The notes under the pieces: model-generated
Database searches by the model: none
What the model saw: the letters and a program-made list of their open reading frames with translations, nothing else
Told to the model about the DNA's origin: nothing
In this document: positions 35,770 to 46,618 of the stretch, piece by piece
Position numbering within the stretch: the first letter of the stretch is position 1
Layout of the letters: each line of letters opens with the position of its first letter
Translations under genes and position numbers: made by a program
Assembly: GCF_050320075.1 (NCBI RefSeq)
Contig: NZ_CP190022.1
Reading direction: 5' to 3' (one strand)
DNA: 64,000 nt
DNA from: Escherichia coli
GTDB taxonomy: Bacteria; Pseudomonadota; Gammaproteobacteria; Enterobacterales; Enterobacteriaceae

Positions 35770-36971
35770 CTTACGCTCCCCTGGCTCATGGCCTGTGACA
35801 GTTCACCGAGACGCTGTCCGTAATACTGTCGTGCCGCCAGTGCCAGCTGCTGCCCGGCGATAACATTACCCTGGCGTATCTGCTCTTTCAGGTCGTTCAT
35901 CTGCCAGTTCAGCAGGGCGGTAGTGCGCAGCAGTTCACGGAGAAGGTTATCGCCTTCCATGCCCTGCAGATCCTGCTGCCAGTCGGTGTTTGCATAGCGT
36001 CTGCCGGCTTCAAAGGCCTCAAACTCCCGCTGGCTCATGTGACCACGGGTGCGGGCCTCTGATGATGCGGTCCGGTCAAAATATGCCGCAGCGGATGGTG
36101 ACTGCAGGGCTTCAGTCAGTGCTCCACGGGTGGCCTCATTAGGGGTACTGTCAGCTATCAGTGACAGTTGCGGATGAGAGGCGGCATCGATGATGCCGTT
36201 GTATTCATTCTGCAGGCCCACATACGTGCGCCCGGTCTGTGTTCCCACTTCACCTTTCCCCGGGGCACGACCCGCTGACGGTCTGGCGGTGTTTTTCATG
36301 TAAGCCGTGGCAGCATCAATCTGTTTCTGATCCCAGGTGAGGGCGGCAGGGGTATCAGCTGTGCCTGCACCCTGATAGAGCGATCGCACCTGGCTGTCTC
36401 CGCCCGGCAGCTCGCCCACGGCAGGGCAGACATCGGTTCCGCCAAAGCGGGCATATTCAGCTTCCGTGCAGTAACCGGCATGAATGCCTGCACTGTCATA
36501 TGCCTCGCGGGTTGGTGAGTCTGCTGCCCGGGAGAGACGTTCACGGATGGGTTTACTGCTGACGCCTCCTCCCTGACTCAGACGTGCAGCCGCAGACGCT
36601 GCTGCACGGCGACTTTCAGCTGCAACTCCGGAGGCGGATTCACTGCAGATGGAGTCCGGCACGCTGAAGCTTTTCCTGGCCTCCTCAAGCCGGCGGGTTT
36701 CATTACTGAATATCATCTGCTGACGGGTGGCCTGCCCGTCCTGTGCGATGACAGAGGCCAGCTTCTCTGAACTCTGGTTGATGGCTGTGCCGGTGGCTGT
36801 CTGCATACGGACCATCTCTGCCATCACGCCCTGAATGGCGGCCAGCTCCGGCATGATTTGTGTGGTGACAGGCTGGCTGGCCACTACGGTCACAGAATAG
36901 GCATGGGTGGCAGGAATAACCGCACAGCCTATCAGGAGTGCAAGCAGTGTGGTTGCAGATTGTCTTTGCAT
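35766..36971 (-). CDS. Transfer-region exported protein (position of traW); start at ATG 36971
   Basis: GGAGAAAA RBS before ATG 36971 gives a signal-peptide N-terminus (MQRQSATTLLALLIGCAVIPATHA); track ORF extends to 37076. Confidence 0.5.
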   Translation of the reverse strand: MQRQSATTLLALLIGCAVIPATHAYSVTVVASQPVTTQIMPELAAIQGVMAEMVRMQTATGTAINQSSEKLASVIAQDGQATRQQMIFSNETRRLEEARKSFSVPDSICSESASGVAAESRRAAASAAARLSQGGGVSSKPIRERLSRAADSPTREAYDSAGIHAGYCTEAEYARFGGTDVCPAVGELPGGDSQVRSLYQGAGTADTPAALTWDQKQIDAATAYMKNTARPSAGRAPGKGEVGTQTGRTYVGLQNEYNGIIDAASHPQLSLIADSTPNEATRGALTEALQSPSAAAYFDRTASSEARTRGHMSQREFEAFEAGRRYANTDWQQDLQGMEGDNLLRELLRTTALLNWQMNDLKEQIRQGNVIAGQQLALAARQYYGQRLGELSQAMSQGSVR

Positions 36972-37549
36972 TCTTTTTTCTCCGTTTTCGGGGGATACAG
37001 GATGTCTGGTACGCGATGACTGAGTGATTCCGGCAGCGGAGCCAGCGGGAAACACTGGAAGCGGCGCGTGATCCATCCCTGACGGTTACGGTTATCGATG
37101 AGCGTGAAGGTACGACGCTTCACGCGTTTCAGTGTCGGGGTGTCGCTTTCCATGACCGGCCAGTCTCCGGCTGTGAGTGCCGGTGTGCCGGGGACATCCG
37201 GCCACAGCCAGGTGTTGTCAGACATCAGCGCCGTGAGAGGCGAGGGCAGAAGCCAGTGAATGACATGCTGTATATCAAAAGGCGGTCGCTCCGGCACGTT
37301 AACCTGCCAGGTGGCCGTTGTTATCAGCGTGCCTGTCTCTCCGGGCAGGGCCAGGCGAATACCACTCATCTCCCCGTCAGCCCGTCTGTCACTGGCAAAA
37401 ATGACCCGGGGATTGGGGGACGGTCGCAGTGTGAAGCAGGCGGACGGCAGGGTGAAGCTGAAACTGTCACCGTCCACGCGCAGCGTTTTCAGGAAGACCT
37501 GTCCCCGTGCAGGACGCCGGCAGCGGGGAGTGATGTGTATGCTGTACAT
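36932..37549 (-). CDS. Transfer-region protein (position of traV)
   Basis: 205-aa ORF between the traU-like and traW-like genes; gene order only. Confidence 0.45.
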   Translation of the reverse strand: MYSIHITPRCRRPARGQVFLKTLRVDGDSFSFTLPSACFTLRPSPNPRVIFASDRRADGEMSGIRLALPGETGTLITTATWQVNVPERPPFDIQHVIHWLLPSPLTALMSDNTWLWPDVPGTPALTAGDWPVMESDTPTLKRVKRRTFTLIDNRNRQGWITRRFQCFPLAPLPESLSHRVPDILYPPKTEKKECKDNLQPHCLHS

Positions 37550-40500
37550 CAGAGGTGATATCCCTGCTTACGGATGAGTTCCGCAGCCAGATCATGGATG
37601 ACGTTTTCACTGTCATGTGTACGGGCGCGGTGTTCTATCAGTGAGGTGGCTGAACCACGGGGAAAGTTTTCTGCCAGGATCTGGCGTGCCCGCAGTGACC
37701 CGAGCTCCTGCGTCAGCGCACGTCTCAGGGCGCTGTCTTTGGGTGAGGAATTCAGAGCCCACAGCTCCAGTGGACCGAGAGTGAATTTCAGGATCCGGGC
37801 CAGCGTACCGTTTTTTACACGGAACACAGCCAGTACCGGGACACCGCTGCCATCCGGTGCAGCCCCTTCCGGCATTTTCAGAAAGCGCCGCAGGGTGACT
37901 TCAGGGACACCAAAATTATCCCGCAGAAACGGAATTTCGTCAGGGCGGTAACGCAGCAACCAGAGGGTGTTGGCGGATTTGAGAACTGCCGGTGGATAGT
38001 CCTGCAGTAGCTGGGTGCTCAGCACTGTGCGTATCCCGAACTTACGCTGCTCCAGCTCCTGGGTGTCCAGGGCTTCCCAGATGAAGTTGATCCCTTTTGC
38101 ATTGTGCAGTTCGTCATAGACTTTGGTCTTGACCTCCTGATCAAGCTGTTCAATGCGGCGGAAAATCACCTCATGGTAGCGTGGGTCGAGATTTTTCCGT
38201 ATTTCCTCCTGATACTGCGGCAGGACAAAATCCCCGCCGGCGATTTGTCCTGCCAGCAGGTACATGATGCCGGTGCGCAGACGCCCGGCAGGTGTCTTGT
38301 CACCGGCCACATTGTTCAGATCAACGGCCACAACGCGGGTGTCGGGGCTGAGCATAAACCGGGTACAGCCGGACATCATCGGGTAGTCACTGTGTCCCTG
38401 ATCGAGGGCACGGCGGATGTAGTCCAGTAACAATTCTGCTGAGTTATCGCGCTGAACTGTGCCGAACACATCCCGGATGGATGGCTGTCCCAGCAGGGCG
38501 GACATTTCAGCCAGCAGGGGCATGGCCTGGTAGTGTGCCCGCTGGGCTGCGGGGATATTGCCAGCCATATGCAGCATGTCCCTGATTTCAAACCAGGTGG
38601 CAGCATTCCACCATCCAGCGTCATGTTGTTCTGCGATGCCACTCTCTTCCAGGGCGAGATCCACAAGGGGCTCTGTTCCTGCACGGTACAGTCTGGGGTT
38701 GTTTTCGCCATACTCCCTGAAGGCCAGATCCACCAGGTTGCTTATGATTTGCCGGGTGTCACCGGGATTACAGGGCTGACCGGTGCCGGTATCCACGCAC
38801 AGTGCGCAGAGTACAGATACCATGAAGTTCTTTTCCGGGGTGGCGGGTTTTTTAGCACCGTACATCACATCAAACAGGTTACGGGTGTGTTCCGGATCAT
38901 TGCTCAGAATGATCCCCACGGCTTCGTCCTTTCTCTGCTCCGGCAGGCTGTCACGGATAAGCTGTACCAGTCCCTGTGCACTGAATCCCTTGTCGATATA
39001 GGCAATGAAAGGCAGGTTCTTCTGGGCTGAGGCTATCTGGATCTCCGACAGTGCGTTGATGAGTACCGATTTGCCCAGACCGGGTGCGCCGGGCGTCAGT
39101 TCCGTGTGCTTGTTCTGTTGTGACGATGCCAGTGCGACCTCCCATGCAGAGCCGTCCTCGGTGTGCATCATCAGATTTCCCTGTCCCCGCCAGACAGAGC
39201 CTGCCCTGTTCAGGGGAAACAGGGAAAGGGCGTGTGAAAGGGGCGGGTAAAGGGGGACTGGACCGGAACCGTGGGAGGCTGCCAGAACCGTGTTCACCCA
39301 GGCACGTCTCGGATCACCGAAGGTGGTGGTGGTGCCGCATACCCCCCAGCCTTCCAGCGCAGATTTCAGGAGAGCCTGGTTACGGGTACAGACTTCCCGG
39401 CTGTTTCCCCATGTGGTGGCAACAATGGTCATGATACAGACCGGATCATGTTTGTTGATGTCATTCAGCATCATCACCGAGTCATACATGGGCCGGAGAG
39501 GGGAAATAAAGCTGCTGTAGGTCAGCAGGGTTTTCTTGACCCCAAGCGCCTTCATGCCGCCGGGCATCAGATCCATCCGGATACGCCAGGGGATTGCGCG
39601 GGGCACATCCCTGACCAGCTGGTTGAATGTCCGCAGATTCTGGGGGGGCAGGGTAATGGCGACCATACCGTGCCAGAGGTCACCGGCCTTTATCAGGCTG
39701 CCGTGTGTTTCAGGCTGTGTGGTGAATAACTGCAGATTCAGCGACGGTGCGTGGAATACAGAGGTATCCTCGCCCTGTCGCCAGCCGGCAGGACGGGCAT
39801 CTTCAGGCAGATGAGGCTGCCATACTGCAGGTGTGCTGTTGCGCTCCAGTTGACGGCGGATTTCCCGTCCCACTTCATGAATATCTATCAGGCGAACCAG
39901 CAGACCATCAGAATCATGTGTCAGGGCCTGCTCCAGCGTGTCCAGAAAGGCGTCATGCCGTATTTTGAGTGCGGAAAGTGTCCAGCGCCATGGATCCTGC
40001 GCAAATCGGGCTGGCGGAGCGTGTTCAGCGAGTTTCCTGATACGGGTCTGGTGGTCCTTGCGATCGGTCCGGCTCAGCAGTTCTTCAGAGCTCCAGACGG
40101 TCAGCCAGCAGCGTTCCCGGACAAGCCAGGGGGTGAGCGTGGTGACTTTTTCATCCAGAACGTCCTGAAGCAGGATCCCCGTGCGTGCGATGGATTTTCG
40201 CTGGGGTAAGAGCATGGCTTCGATTTCATCCCTTCCACGCTCCGGATCGCGTTCGAAAACAAAACTGATTTTGTGACCGATGTTTTTCCAGGCAGTGTTC
40301 ATTCGCTCTGCCAGCGCTGTAATCAGTGATTCCAGTGTGCCGGGGGCTGTCAGGTCCGGGTTTTCATCCATTTCTTTCAGGGCACCGCTGATTTCAAAGA
40401 CGGAAAGGTAATACCCCTGTTTGGTGGTGGCAATGTAGGGGGCTTTCAGCCAGGGGCGGCGTTCGCGGTCCTGCTGGTCCAGACCGATGACGGTGTGCAG

Positions 40501-40605
40501 ATCACAGTAATCGGGGAAGAATGCGGAAACGGAATACCGTGACAGGGTACTGATACAGTCTTCAATGGCAAAAATAATGCGGTTGATATTCATGGCATGG
40601 AGCAC
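37549..40605 (-). CDS. traU: Large transfer ATPase TraU (DotO/IcmB-like, VirB4-class)
   Basis: 1018-aa product with Walker A GAPGLGKS and size/position typical of the IncI-type TraU / DotO ATPase. Confidence 0.75.
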   Translation of the reverse strand: MLHAMNINRIIFAIEDCISTLSRYSVSAFFPDYCDLHTVIGLDQQDRERRPWLKAPYIATTKQGYYLSVFEISGALKEMDENPDLTAPGTLESLITALAERMNTAWKNIGHKISFVFERDPERGRDEIEAMLLPQRKSIARTGILLQDVLDEKVTTLTPWLVRERCWLTVWSSEELLSRTDRKDHQTRIRKLAEHAPPARFAQDPWRWTLSALKIRHDAFLDTLEQALTHDSDGLLVRLIDIHEVGREIRRQLERNSTPAVWQPHLPEDARPAGWRQGEDTSVFHAPSLNLQLFTTQPETHGSLIKAGDLWHGMVAITLPPQNLRTFNQLVRDVPRAIPWRIRMDLMPGGMKALGVKKTLLTYSSFISPLRPMYDSVMMLNDINKHDPVCIMTIVATTWGNSREVCTRNQALLKSALEGWGVCGTTTTFGDPRRAWVNTVLAASHGSGPVPLYPPLSHALSLFPLNRAGSVWRGQGNLMMHTEDGSAWEVALASSQQNKHTELTPGAPGLGKSVLINALSEIQIASAQKNLPFIAYIDKGFSAQGLVQLIRDSLPEQRKDEAVGIILSNDPEHTRNLFDVMYGAKKPATPEKNFMVSVLCALCVDTGTGQPCNPGDTRQIISNLVDLAFREYGENNPRLYRAGTEPLVDLALEESGIAEQHDAGWWNAATWFEIRDMLHMAGNIPAAQRAHYQAMPLLAEMSALLGQPSIRDVFGTVQRDNSAELLLDYIRRALDQGHSDYPMMSGCTRFMLSPDTRVVAVDLNNVAGDKTPAGRLRTGIMYLLAGQIAGGDFVLPQYQEEIRKNLDPRYHEVIFRRIEQLDQEVKTKVYDELHNAKGINFIWEALDTQELEQRKFGIRTVLSTQLLQDYPPAVLKSANTLWLLRYRPDEIPFLRDNFGVPEVTLRRFLKMPEGAAPDGSGVPVLAVFRVKNGTLARILKFTLGPLELWALNSSPKDSALRRALTQELGSLRARQILAENFPRGSATSLIEHRARTHDSENVIHDLAAELIRKQGYHL

Positions 40606-40768
40606 TCCGGTAAGGATGAATCATCACGGTCTGATATTTTTTGATGCCACAGCAGGGGATGTGGCATGAAAAAACAGCAGAGAAAATAAATAATCTGTTG
40701 AGGGGCAGGTGCGTATTTCTGTGTGATTACAGTAAATAATAAAAATGTAATAAGGTGGAAACACGCTG

Positions 40769-41152
40769 TCAGCGTAGTGAATTTACTGGCGGATAAGTGA
40801 TTTTATTAATATGTACAACAATAGATTTTCTTCTTTTATTTTGTATAAATACCGGTGGGACATAAAAGAAACGGAGACTGCAGAGACAGAGATGCAGTTG
40901 TTTTCCCCGTTTCCTTAATGAAAATTCAGTCAGGGGTGTGGCCGGATAATTATGCCGGGCGCTTAATTCCCTGTTGAACTGAAGTATTCCGGCAATATTC
41001 AGCAGTATGCCGGCCAGCCTGCCGTCATCATCCCGAAGGAACCGACGGAGTAGCCGGTGCTCTTCTTTGGCGGTACTGTCAGCTTTTCCGGCCAGGTGTG
41101 CGAGGATGAGTGTTATAAGCGTCTCCGGGGATATGCGGTGAATTTTCATCAT
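40769..41152 (-). CDS. Transfer-region small protein (127 aa)
   Basis: ORF with overlapping stop/start to the upstream gene; no family recognised. Confidence 0.4.
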   Translation of the reverse strand: MMKIHRISPETLITLILAHLAGKADSTAKEEHRLLRRFLRDDDGRLAGILLNIAGILQFNRELSARHNYPATPLTEFSLRKRGKQLHLCLCSLRFFYVPPVFIQNKRRKSIVVHINKITYPPVNSLR

Positions 41153-41508
41153 TCTTCTCCTGATTTTGTCGGGGGTACACCCGGATAAATAAACTGCTGG
41201 CGGCGAATGAAAAAATCACAGAAGGGCATATCCGGTAATTCCGGGAGACCGGATACGGCAATATCCATCCATGAGAGATAGTTATCGACACTCACTGTGA
41301 CGGTGATGCTGTTATGGGTACGGGATCTTTCATGAATTTCTGCAGCCAGAAAGAGCAGCCAGCCGCCGTTAAATGCCGGGTGGCGGAGAATGAACCGGGC
41401 AATTTCTTTTTCATCTCCGTCAGGCGGAATATTGTCAGTCAGCGTCCGTATAATAAAACGCCGGAATGAATCTGCAGTGAACTGATATCCGGCAGAGTGT
41501 GTATCCAT
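41149..41508 (-). CDS. Transfer-region small protein (119 aa)
   Basis: ORF in operon context. Confidence 0.4.
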   Translation of the reverse strand: MDTHSAGYQFTADSFRRFIIRTLTDNIPPDGDEKEIARFILRHPAFNGGWLLFLAAEIHERSRTHNSITVTVSVDNYLSWMDIAVSGLPELPDMPFCDFFIRRQQFIYPGVPPTKSGEE

Positions 41509-41575
41509 TTTTGTTCCTCTGTAAGTTGAATGTGTGCCGGCAGAATGTCATCGGTACCGGTGTGGGAGGGCTGCA

Positions 41576-42394
41576 TCACCAGACGAACTCCCTGTCAGGA
41601 AACGAATCCGGCAGCAGAATGAGCGCCACCCCGTCCATTTTCTCCCTCAACGTTTTACGCTGTGCCGGCGGCCAGCGGCGCAGTGCATCAGCAAAATCCG
41701 CCGGACGCCAGGTGCGAAATTTCTCCTCAACGGCCAGGCGGTTCTGTACCAGGGCATTCAGTACGGCCCGTCCCTGTCTGACTCGCTTACGCTCATCGCT
41801 GAAAATTTCCTTCAGTGCCCGTGCATTGAGAGCAACTACCGAGGCCGGATGCAAATCAGGGAGCCAGACCATCACCCCCTGTGCGGCAGCGTAGCCGTTC
41901 AGGCAGTGCCAGGCGTGGCAGAAGACACAGAGATGAAAGGGCGGGCCTTCCGGCTGCAGCAGTTCACTTTCATTTTCGCTGAGTGCATCTGTTGTGACGA
42001 TTTGTGACTTTTCCACATGACGCAGGGCCAGTCGCCTGGCCGACAGGCGGGCCTGTGCCAGGGACCGCTCCGCATCCTGCAGGGTTCGGGTGTGTTTCTT
42101 TTTTTCGTCAGCGTTTTCCGGTACCGGATGTTTTTTCAGGCGCATCACCCGGGTGAGGTTTTTTTCCAGCAGGACGACCGTATCCCGGCAGGTGTCAGCC
42201 ATCTGCTGTAATGGCCATGAATCCTCCAGAATGAAGCGGTGAGTGACGGTCCTGCGACAGCAGGGACAGCGTCCGGGTGTTGAGAGCACGGGTGGTGGCA
42301 GCAGGGATTCACCGCTGAATACCGTGTCCGGTTGCGGGAGCGGGAAAAGCCAGCGTTCCCGGGCCGGGGCGATGAGTGGCGGTGTTTTGTTCAT
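41576..42394 (-). CDS. Transfer-region protein (272 aa, Cys-rich)
   Basis: ORF in operon context; several CxxC-like pairs. Confidence 0.45.
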   Translation of the reverse strand: MNKTPPLIAPARERWLFPLPQPDTVFSGESLLPPPVLSTPGRCPCCRRTVTHRFILEDSWPLQQMADTCRDTVVLLEKNLTRVMRLKKHPVPENADEKKKHTRTLQDAERSLAQARLSARRLALRHVEKSQIVTTDALSENESELLQPEGPPFHLCVFCHAWHCLNGYAAAQGVMVWLPDLHPASVVALNARALKEIFSDERKRVRQGRAVLNALVQNRLAVEEKFRTWRPADFADALRRWPPAQRKTLREKMDGVALILLPDSFPDREFVW

Positions 42395-42616
42395 ACGTTT
42401 TTCTCTCTGTATACAGGGTGACGGCAGCCAGAATCAGTGCTGCGATGGCGGTGGAATAACATTCTGCAAACACAAACTCCTGATTATCCCGGTTGTCGCG
42501 GGCAATCACGTTGCCGTGCTCTGTTCTGAGCAGGGTGAAAGGGGGCAGCTCACAGGACATGGTCTGGTCCTCTTCATTGTGTGAAGACGGCACCGGGAAA
42601 CCGGTGCCGTTGTGGA

Positions 42617-43015
42617 TTAACTGATGGAGACCGGAGAAAGACCGAGCGTTTTCTGTCCACTGCTCATCATTTCCGGTACGACGGCAAGACAGGCACCGAC
42701 CACAATGGACAGTATGCAGGCCACCCCTGCTCCGGGTTTTTTACCGATTTGTTTGAGGCCAAGCAGGCCGGCAATAAAGAGCACCAGACCAATAACCTGA
42801 GCGATGGTCACAAATGAACTGCTGGAGCCTTTTGCACCATCGCCAACGGTTTTGATCATATCGAATAGGGTGTTTGCCATCGCTGTGTGGGGCAGCAGTA
42901 TCACGGGAAGCAGAAGTAACAGGCGTATCAGCCGATCACGGCAGGCCACCAGGCATAACTGAACATAAATAAATGCAGCGCACAGACGCGCCGCCATGGC
43001 ACGGAATCGTGACAT
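42617..43015 (-). CDS. Small polytopic membrane protein (position of traR)
   Basis: Hydrophobic 132-aa ORF; likely start at internal ATG (MANTLFDMIK...). Confidence 0.45.
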   Translation of the reverse strand: MSRFRAMAARLCAAFIYVQLCLVACRDRLIRLLLLLPVILLPHTAMANTLFDMIKTVGDGAKGSSSSFVTIAQVIGLVLFIAGLLGLKQIGKKPGAGVACILSIVVGACLAVVPEMMSSGQKTLGLSPVSIS

Positions 43016-43061
43016 ATAGTCTCCTTAACTAACAGACTGAATTACTGAAAATGAATGTGGA

Positions 43062-43592
43062 TCAGAAGGCGAGACCAAGACTCGCCAGAGAGGCATCGAT
43101 GACGCGATCGATAAAAACCAGCAGAACGCCGGCAACAAACTTGACGTTTCCTTTGCTGATGGACTCACTGCTGCTCAGGGCGGTATGCCCGTCCAGCAGG
43201 GATTTACGCCAGATGGAAATGCCGTTCATGGCAAACCCCACTCCGGCCAGTTTTACCAGTGAGAGCATGGCATTGGCGGCACCGGCAGCGGCACCAAAGG
43301 TGGTTGGTTGTACATAAGCGATAGGGCCGAAGGAATCTGCCCTGAATCCCATCTGGGTACCCCCGGCATTGATGAAGGATGGCAGGGCGACCAGCATGCC
43401 GCAGATGACGATACCGGCGATAAATTTTCCCGGTCCCATACTGTGACGCCCTTCAGCCCGGGCACGCATCAGATGACCAATCAGGCCGATAATCCCCAGC
43501 AGCTCTCCCCAGGTGAAGAGAAACTCCATGCCTGCACTGAATATACCGCTGGCAAAGTTCTCTATGGCTGTCAGGGCATCAATGCTCATCAT
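43062..43592 (-). CDS. Polytopic inner-membrane protein (position of traQ)
   Basis: 176-aa, 4-5 TM helices. Confidence 0.5.
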   Translation of the reverse strand: MMSIDALTAIENFASGIFSAGMEFLFTWGELLGIIGLIGHLMRARAEGRHSMGPGKFIAGIVICGMLVALPSFINAGGTQMGFRADSFGPIAYVQPTTFGAAAGAANAMLSLVKLAGVGFAMNGISIWRKSLLDGHTALSSSESISKGNVKFVAGVLLVFIDRVIDASLASLGLAF

Positions 43593-44302
43593 CGTAATGT
43601 ACCGGCAGAGGTGATGACTGAGCGGCTGGACGGTTCAATCCGGGTGATGGTGATATTCCCCAGCCTGTCACCTTCCCGTACTGCCCAGGCGCTACCCTGC
43701 CAGCGGATCCAGGCCATTCCTTTTTCCACCGACATGATTTGCATGCCCTGCAGGCGGGAAGGCGGGGTTTTCGTTGACTGGCCGTTATTCCCGGTCGGGA
43801 TTTGCAGTGGTCCCTGCATCTGCAGGGCATGCACCTGCTTACGGGTTTCATCAAGCAACTGACGGGTTTCCTGTGCCCAGGCCTCATCTTTCCGTATGGT
43901 GTCGCCAAGGGTTGTGATGCTCTCTTTCAGCATGGTCAGGGTACGTCGGATTTCCTCATCCCGCCTGTCCAGCTCTGCTTTCAGGTCACGGGCAAGCTGC
44001 TGCATGTCTGCCTGTGGGGTGACAGGAGGCGCGGACATGGTGTTTCCGCTCCCGGTCTCCGTTATGGGCATGGGCTCTGCCCAGCTTTCGGCTGCGGGCG
44101 GTGTGACATCGAAGCCTGCATCTGCAGGGGGCTCTGAGGGTGTCCGCAGAAACTTGTACCAGATGGCGGCCAGGATGATGAGGGCACAGCCGGCCCAGAC
44201 CGGCAGGCTGTATCCCATATACTGGCGTTTCAGGAAGGATTTGCCGGATGCCGGTGCCGGCGTTTCGCCAAAGCTGCCGGGATCTTCATGTTCGTTTTTC
44301 AT
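43589..44302 (-). CDS. Bitopic membrane protein with coiled-coil periplasmic part (position of traP, DotF-like)
   Basis: 237-aa, one TM helix then helical region; overlapping stop/start with neighbours. Confidence 0.5.
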   Translation of the reverse strand: MKNEHEDPGSFGETPAPASGKSFLKRQYMGYSLPVWAGCALIILAAIWYKFLRTPSEPPADAGFDVTPPAAESWAEPMPITETGSGNTMSAPPVTPQADMQQLARDLKAELDRRDEEIRRTLTMLKESITTLGDTIRKDEAWAQETRQLLDETRKQVHALQMQGPLQIPTGNNGQSTKTPPSRLQGMQIMSVEKGMAWIRWQGSAWAVREGDRLGNITITRIEPSSRSVITSAGTLR

Positions 44303-45630
44303 GGATAACTTTCCTGTTGTATGCCGTAGCGTTGCCGCATTTCATTCTGTTTACGGAGGACAGCTGCCTGGATTCTGTCAGAGGCCTGGTGCTCGGCCTC
44401 CGCCTGGGTGAGCGGACGTCCTGAGGATGGTGGCACTGAAGGGATACTCCCGGAGGAGGTGGGACTGATATCGTTGCTCATGACCGGCTCAACAAACAGA
44501 ATTGAGACGACCTCGCCCCGTGATACTGTCACCTGACGGTAAGGTTCGCTCTCCGCCTGGCGGGTCAGCAGCTCGCTGCCCCGTTCGGCCATGCCGCCTG
44601 CCATGACGCCGGCCAGCGCCCTGCCATCAGGCATTCCCACCCTGCCGGTAAGACTGCCGTAGTTTCCCTGAAGGATCTGTGTGTTGGCGTCTTTGTAAAG
44701 ACTCCCTCCCTTTCCCGCACCGCCAAGTATGGACGGCAGAACAATGTGCTTAAACCAGCGGTGGTTCACGTCGCTGGCCACGGTTGACATTCCTGTTCGT
44801 TCATTCAGGGCATATGCATTGACCTTCAGAAACATGCCCCGCCACATCATCCGGTCAAAGTGGATATCCATTCCCTTGCCGGCGAGTCTGGCGTCCTGGC
44901 TGTAGAGAACGGCTCCGGCCCATGGCCCGGCAGGTACGGAGGCCACCACGCGGGAGACAGCATTGTCAGAGTCCACTTCCGTATCAATGAAGGCAGGTAC
45001 GCGGGTCAGTGCCGGTATCAGCTGGATCCCCTGACGTGTAGCCGGTGTTGCCAGACTCGTCTCCTGCAGACGGGGATGCTGTGATGTAACGGTACCGGAC
45101 GGTGACGCATGAGGGGCTGTCCCGGGCGCGCCGGTGGTGCTCCACATGGCAGCTGCCACTACCGGTGGCCGGGCATCCTGATGCTGTGTGTTGATACGGG
45201 CAAGCAGTTTCTGTAATGCCTCACGCCGTTTTTCCCGGGCCGTCTGATCTTCCTGAGGAGGGGATGCGTTTTGCCCGGAAGTGCCTGACTGATCATCGGG
45301 GGGATTATCCCTTTTCTGATCGTTTCCGGTATCGGTATCCAGTCCCCGGGGCAGACTGGCGATAAACGTCTCGTTATTACGTAACGCTTCTGCAGCACCA
45401 CGTTCATTGTCAGCCCGCAGTAAATCCCGGTAGTGCTGTGTCTCCATCACGGTCCGCCCGCTGCCTGTTGTCGTGCTGTTGATATTGACTGACGAGAGCG
45501 ATGCGCTGTTTTCGGGGGAAAGCCAGGTGAGCAGCAGGTATCCGCCCCCGATGATAATCACGCCCCCGAGAACCAGCAGGGCTGACAGTTTTTTGCCGGA
45601 CTTTGCGGCTGTGTCCTGTTCTGCGCTCAT
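44299..45630 (-). CDS. traO: Core-complex inner-membrane protein TraO (DotG/IcmE-like)
   Basis: 443-aa, single N-terminal TM helix, Pro/Gln-rich linker, conserved C-terminal domain; GGAG RBS; gene order. Confidence 0.55.
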   Translation of the reverse strand: MSAEQDTAAKSGKKLSALLVLGGVIIIGGGYLLLTWLSPENSASLSSVNINSTTTGSGRTVMETQHYRDLLRADNERGAAEALRNNETFIASLPRGLDTDTGNDQKRDNPPDDQSGTSGQNASPPQEDQTAREKRREALQKLLARINTQHQDARPPVVAAAMWSTTGAPGTAPHASPSGTVTSQHPRLQETSLATPATRQGIQLIPALTRVPAFIDTEVDSDNAVSRVVASVPAGPWAGAVLYSQDARLAGKGMDIHFDRMMWRGMFLKVNAYALNERTGMSTVASDVNHRWFKHIVLPSILGGAGKGGSLYKDANTQILQGNYGSLTGRVGMPDGRALAGVMAGGMAERGSELLTRQAESEPYRQVTVSRGEVVSILFVEPVMSNDISPTSSGSIPSVPPSSGRPLTQAEAEHQASDRIQAAVLRKQNEMRQRYGIQQESYP

Positions 45631-45633
45631 GAT

Positions 45634-46608
45634 TTACTCCAGTTCAGGGGTGACGTGAATGGACTGACCATTCACGGAGAAGGTGAGTAAGGGAGTCACC
45701 GGCAGTTTCCACAGACGCGTACCGTCAGCAGATGCCAGCGTCTGTTCAAATTCATCCCGCAGCATGGCCCGCGATCGCACGAGCAGATCATCGCCGTGCT
45801 GCCAGATGGTGGTGTCCGGAACATTTCCGGAGAATTTCAGCCGACGCACGGTGGGATCATCGGGAGGAACACCGTCCAGAAAGGCCTGCAGGGTGGCATC
45901 ATGCAGGGCAATCTTCTCTGATGGTACGGCTACCACAGGACTGGCAGGTCCCTGACGGGGAATGCGCAGATCCAGACGGCTGTCGATCTCCTGACTCAGG
46001 GTATTGGTGTCGGTTTCACCACTGGTGATATTCAGAATGACCGGTACAGACAGTCCTTTGAGGTAGACCGTTACATTCCCTGCAGCCCAGGCGCGCAGGG
46101 GGGTGACGGAGACCATATTGCCGTTGAACTGCACATCAAAGTGACCGGGTGCCGCGTTATAAGGCGGATCCGACTGAGGCCACGGGGAGCCGTTGATGTC
46201 CGTGAACGTTACCACGCTGACGTTATGCAGTGCGGTTCGGACAAGCGGCAGACTGGCCCCGGGTGACAGATTTACCGTGAGGGAGCTGATACGGGGCACC
46301 ACACTGGTGACAGGTGCGCTGATGGCCCGTTCGTTATCGGCCATTCGTCCCCGCAGTTCCCGAATTTCACCTGCATTCAGGGGGGAATCCAGTGATGCGG
46401 CTTCCTGAACAAGAGGAGAGGCAGGTGGCGGCAGGGGGCCTGTGAGTTGTGTGGCTGGCGGGGGGCCGCCTGCGGGGGCGCTCCCGGGAGTCTGTCCTGT
46501 CTTTCCGCCAGCCTGTGGGGTTCGTGCGTTCTGCCAGCCCGGGTTATCTGCAGCCGTGACAGTGCCGCACACAATAAGCAGTGCGCCAAGAAGATGATGT
46601 ATTTGCAT
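45634..46608 (-). CDS. traN: Outer-membrane core protein TraN (DotH/IcmK-like); start at ATG 46608
   Basis: From ATG 46608 the product begins with a signal peptide (MQIHHLLGALLIVCGTVTAADNPGW); track ORF extends to 46713 across the upstream gene stop. Confidence 0.55.
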   Translation of the reverse strand: MQIHHLLGALLIVCGTVTAADNPGWQNARTPQAGGKTGQTPGSAPAGGPPPATQLTGPLPPPASPLVQEAASLDSPLNAGEIRELRGRMADNERAISAPVTSVVPRISSLTVNLSPGASLPLVRTALHNVSVVTFTDINGSPWPQSDPPYNAAPGHFDVQFNGNMVSVTPLRAWAAGNVTVYLKGLSVPVILNITSGETDTNTLSQEIDSRLDLRIPRQGPASPVVAVPSEKIALHDATLQAFLDGVPPDDPTVRRLKFSGNVPDTTIWQHGDDLLVRSRAMLRDEFEQTLASADGTRLWKLPVTPLLTFSVNGQSIHVTPELE

Positions 46609-46618
46609 GATATGAGTC

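Noticed and set aside
38104-40209. Cluster of + strand ORFs (up to 165 aa) inside traU
   Set aside because: All antisense to a well-supported 1018-aa ATPase gene with intact Walker motif; typical shadow ORFs.
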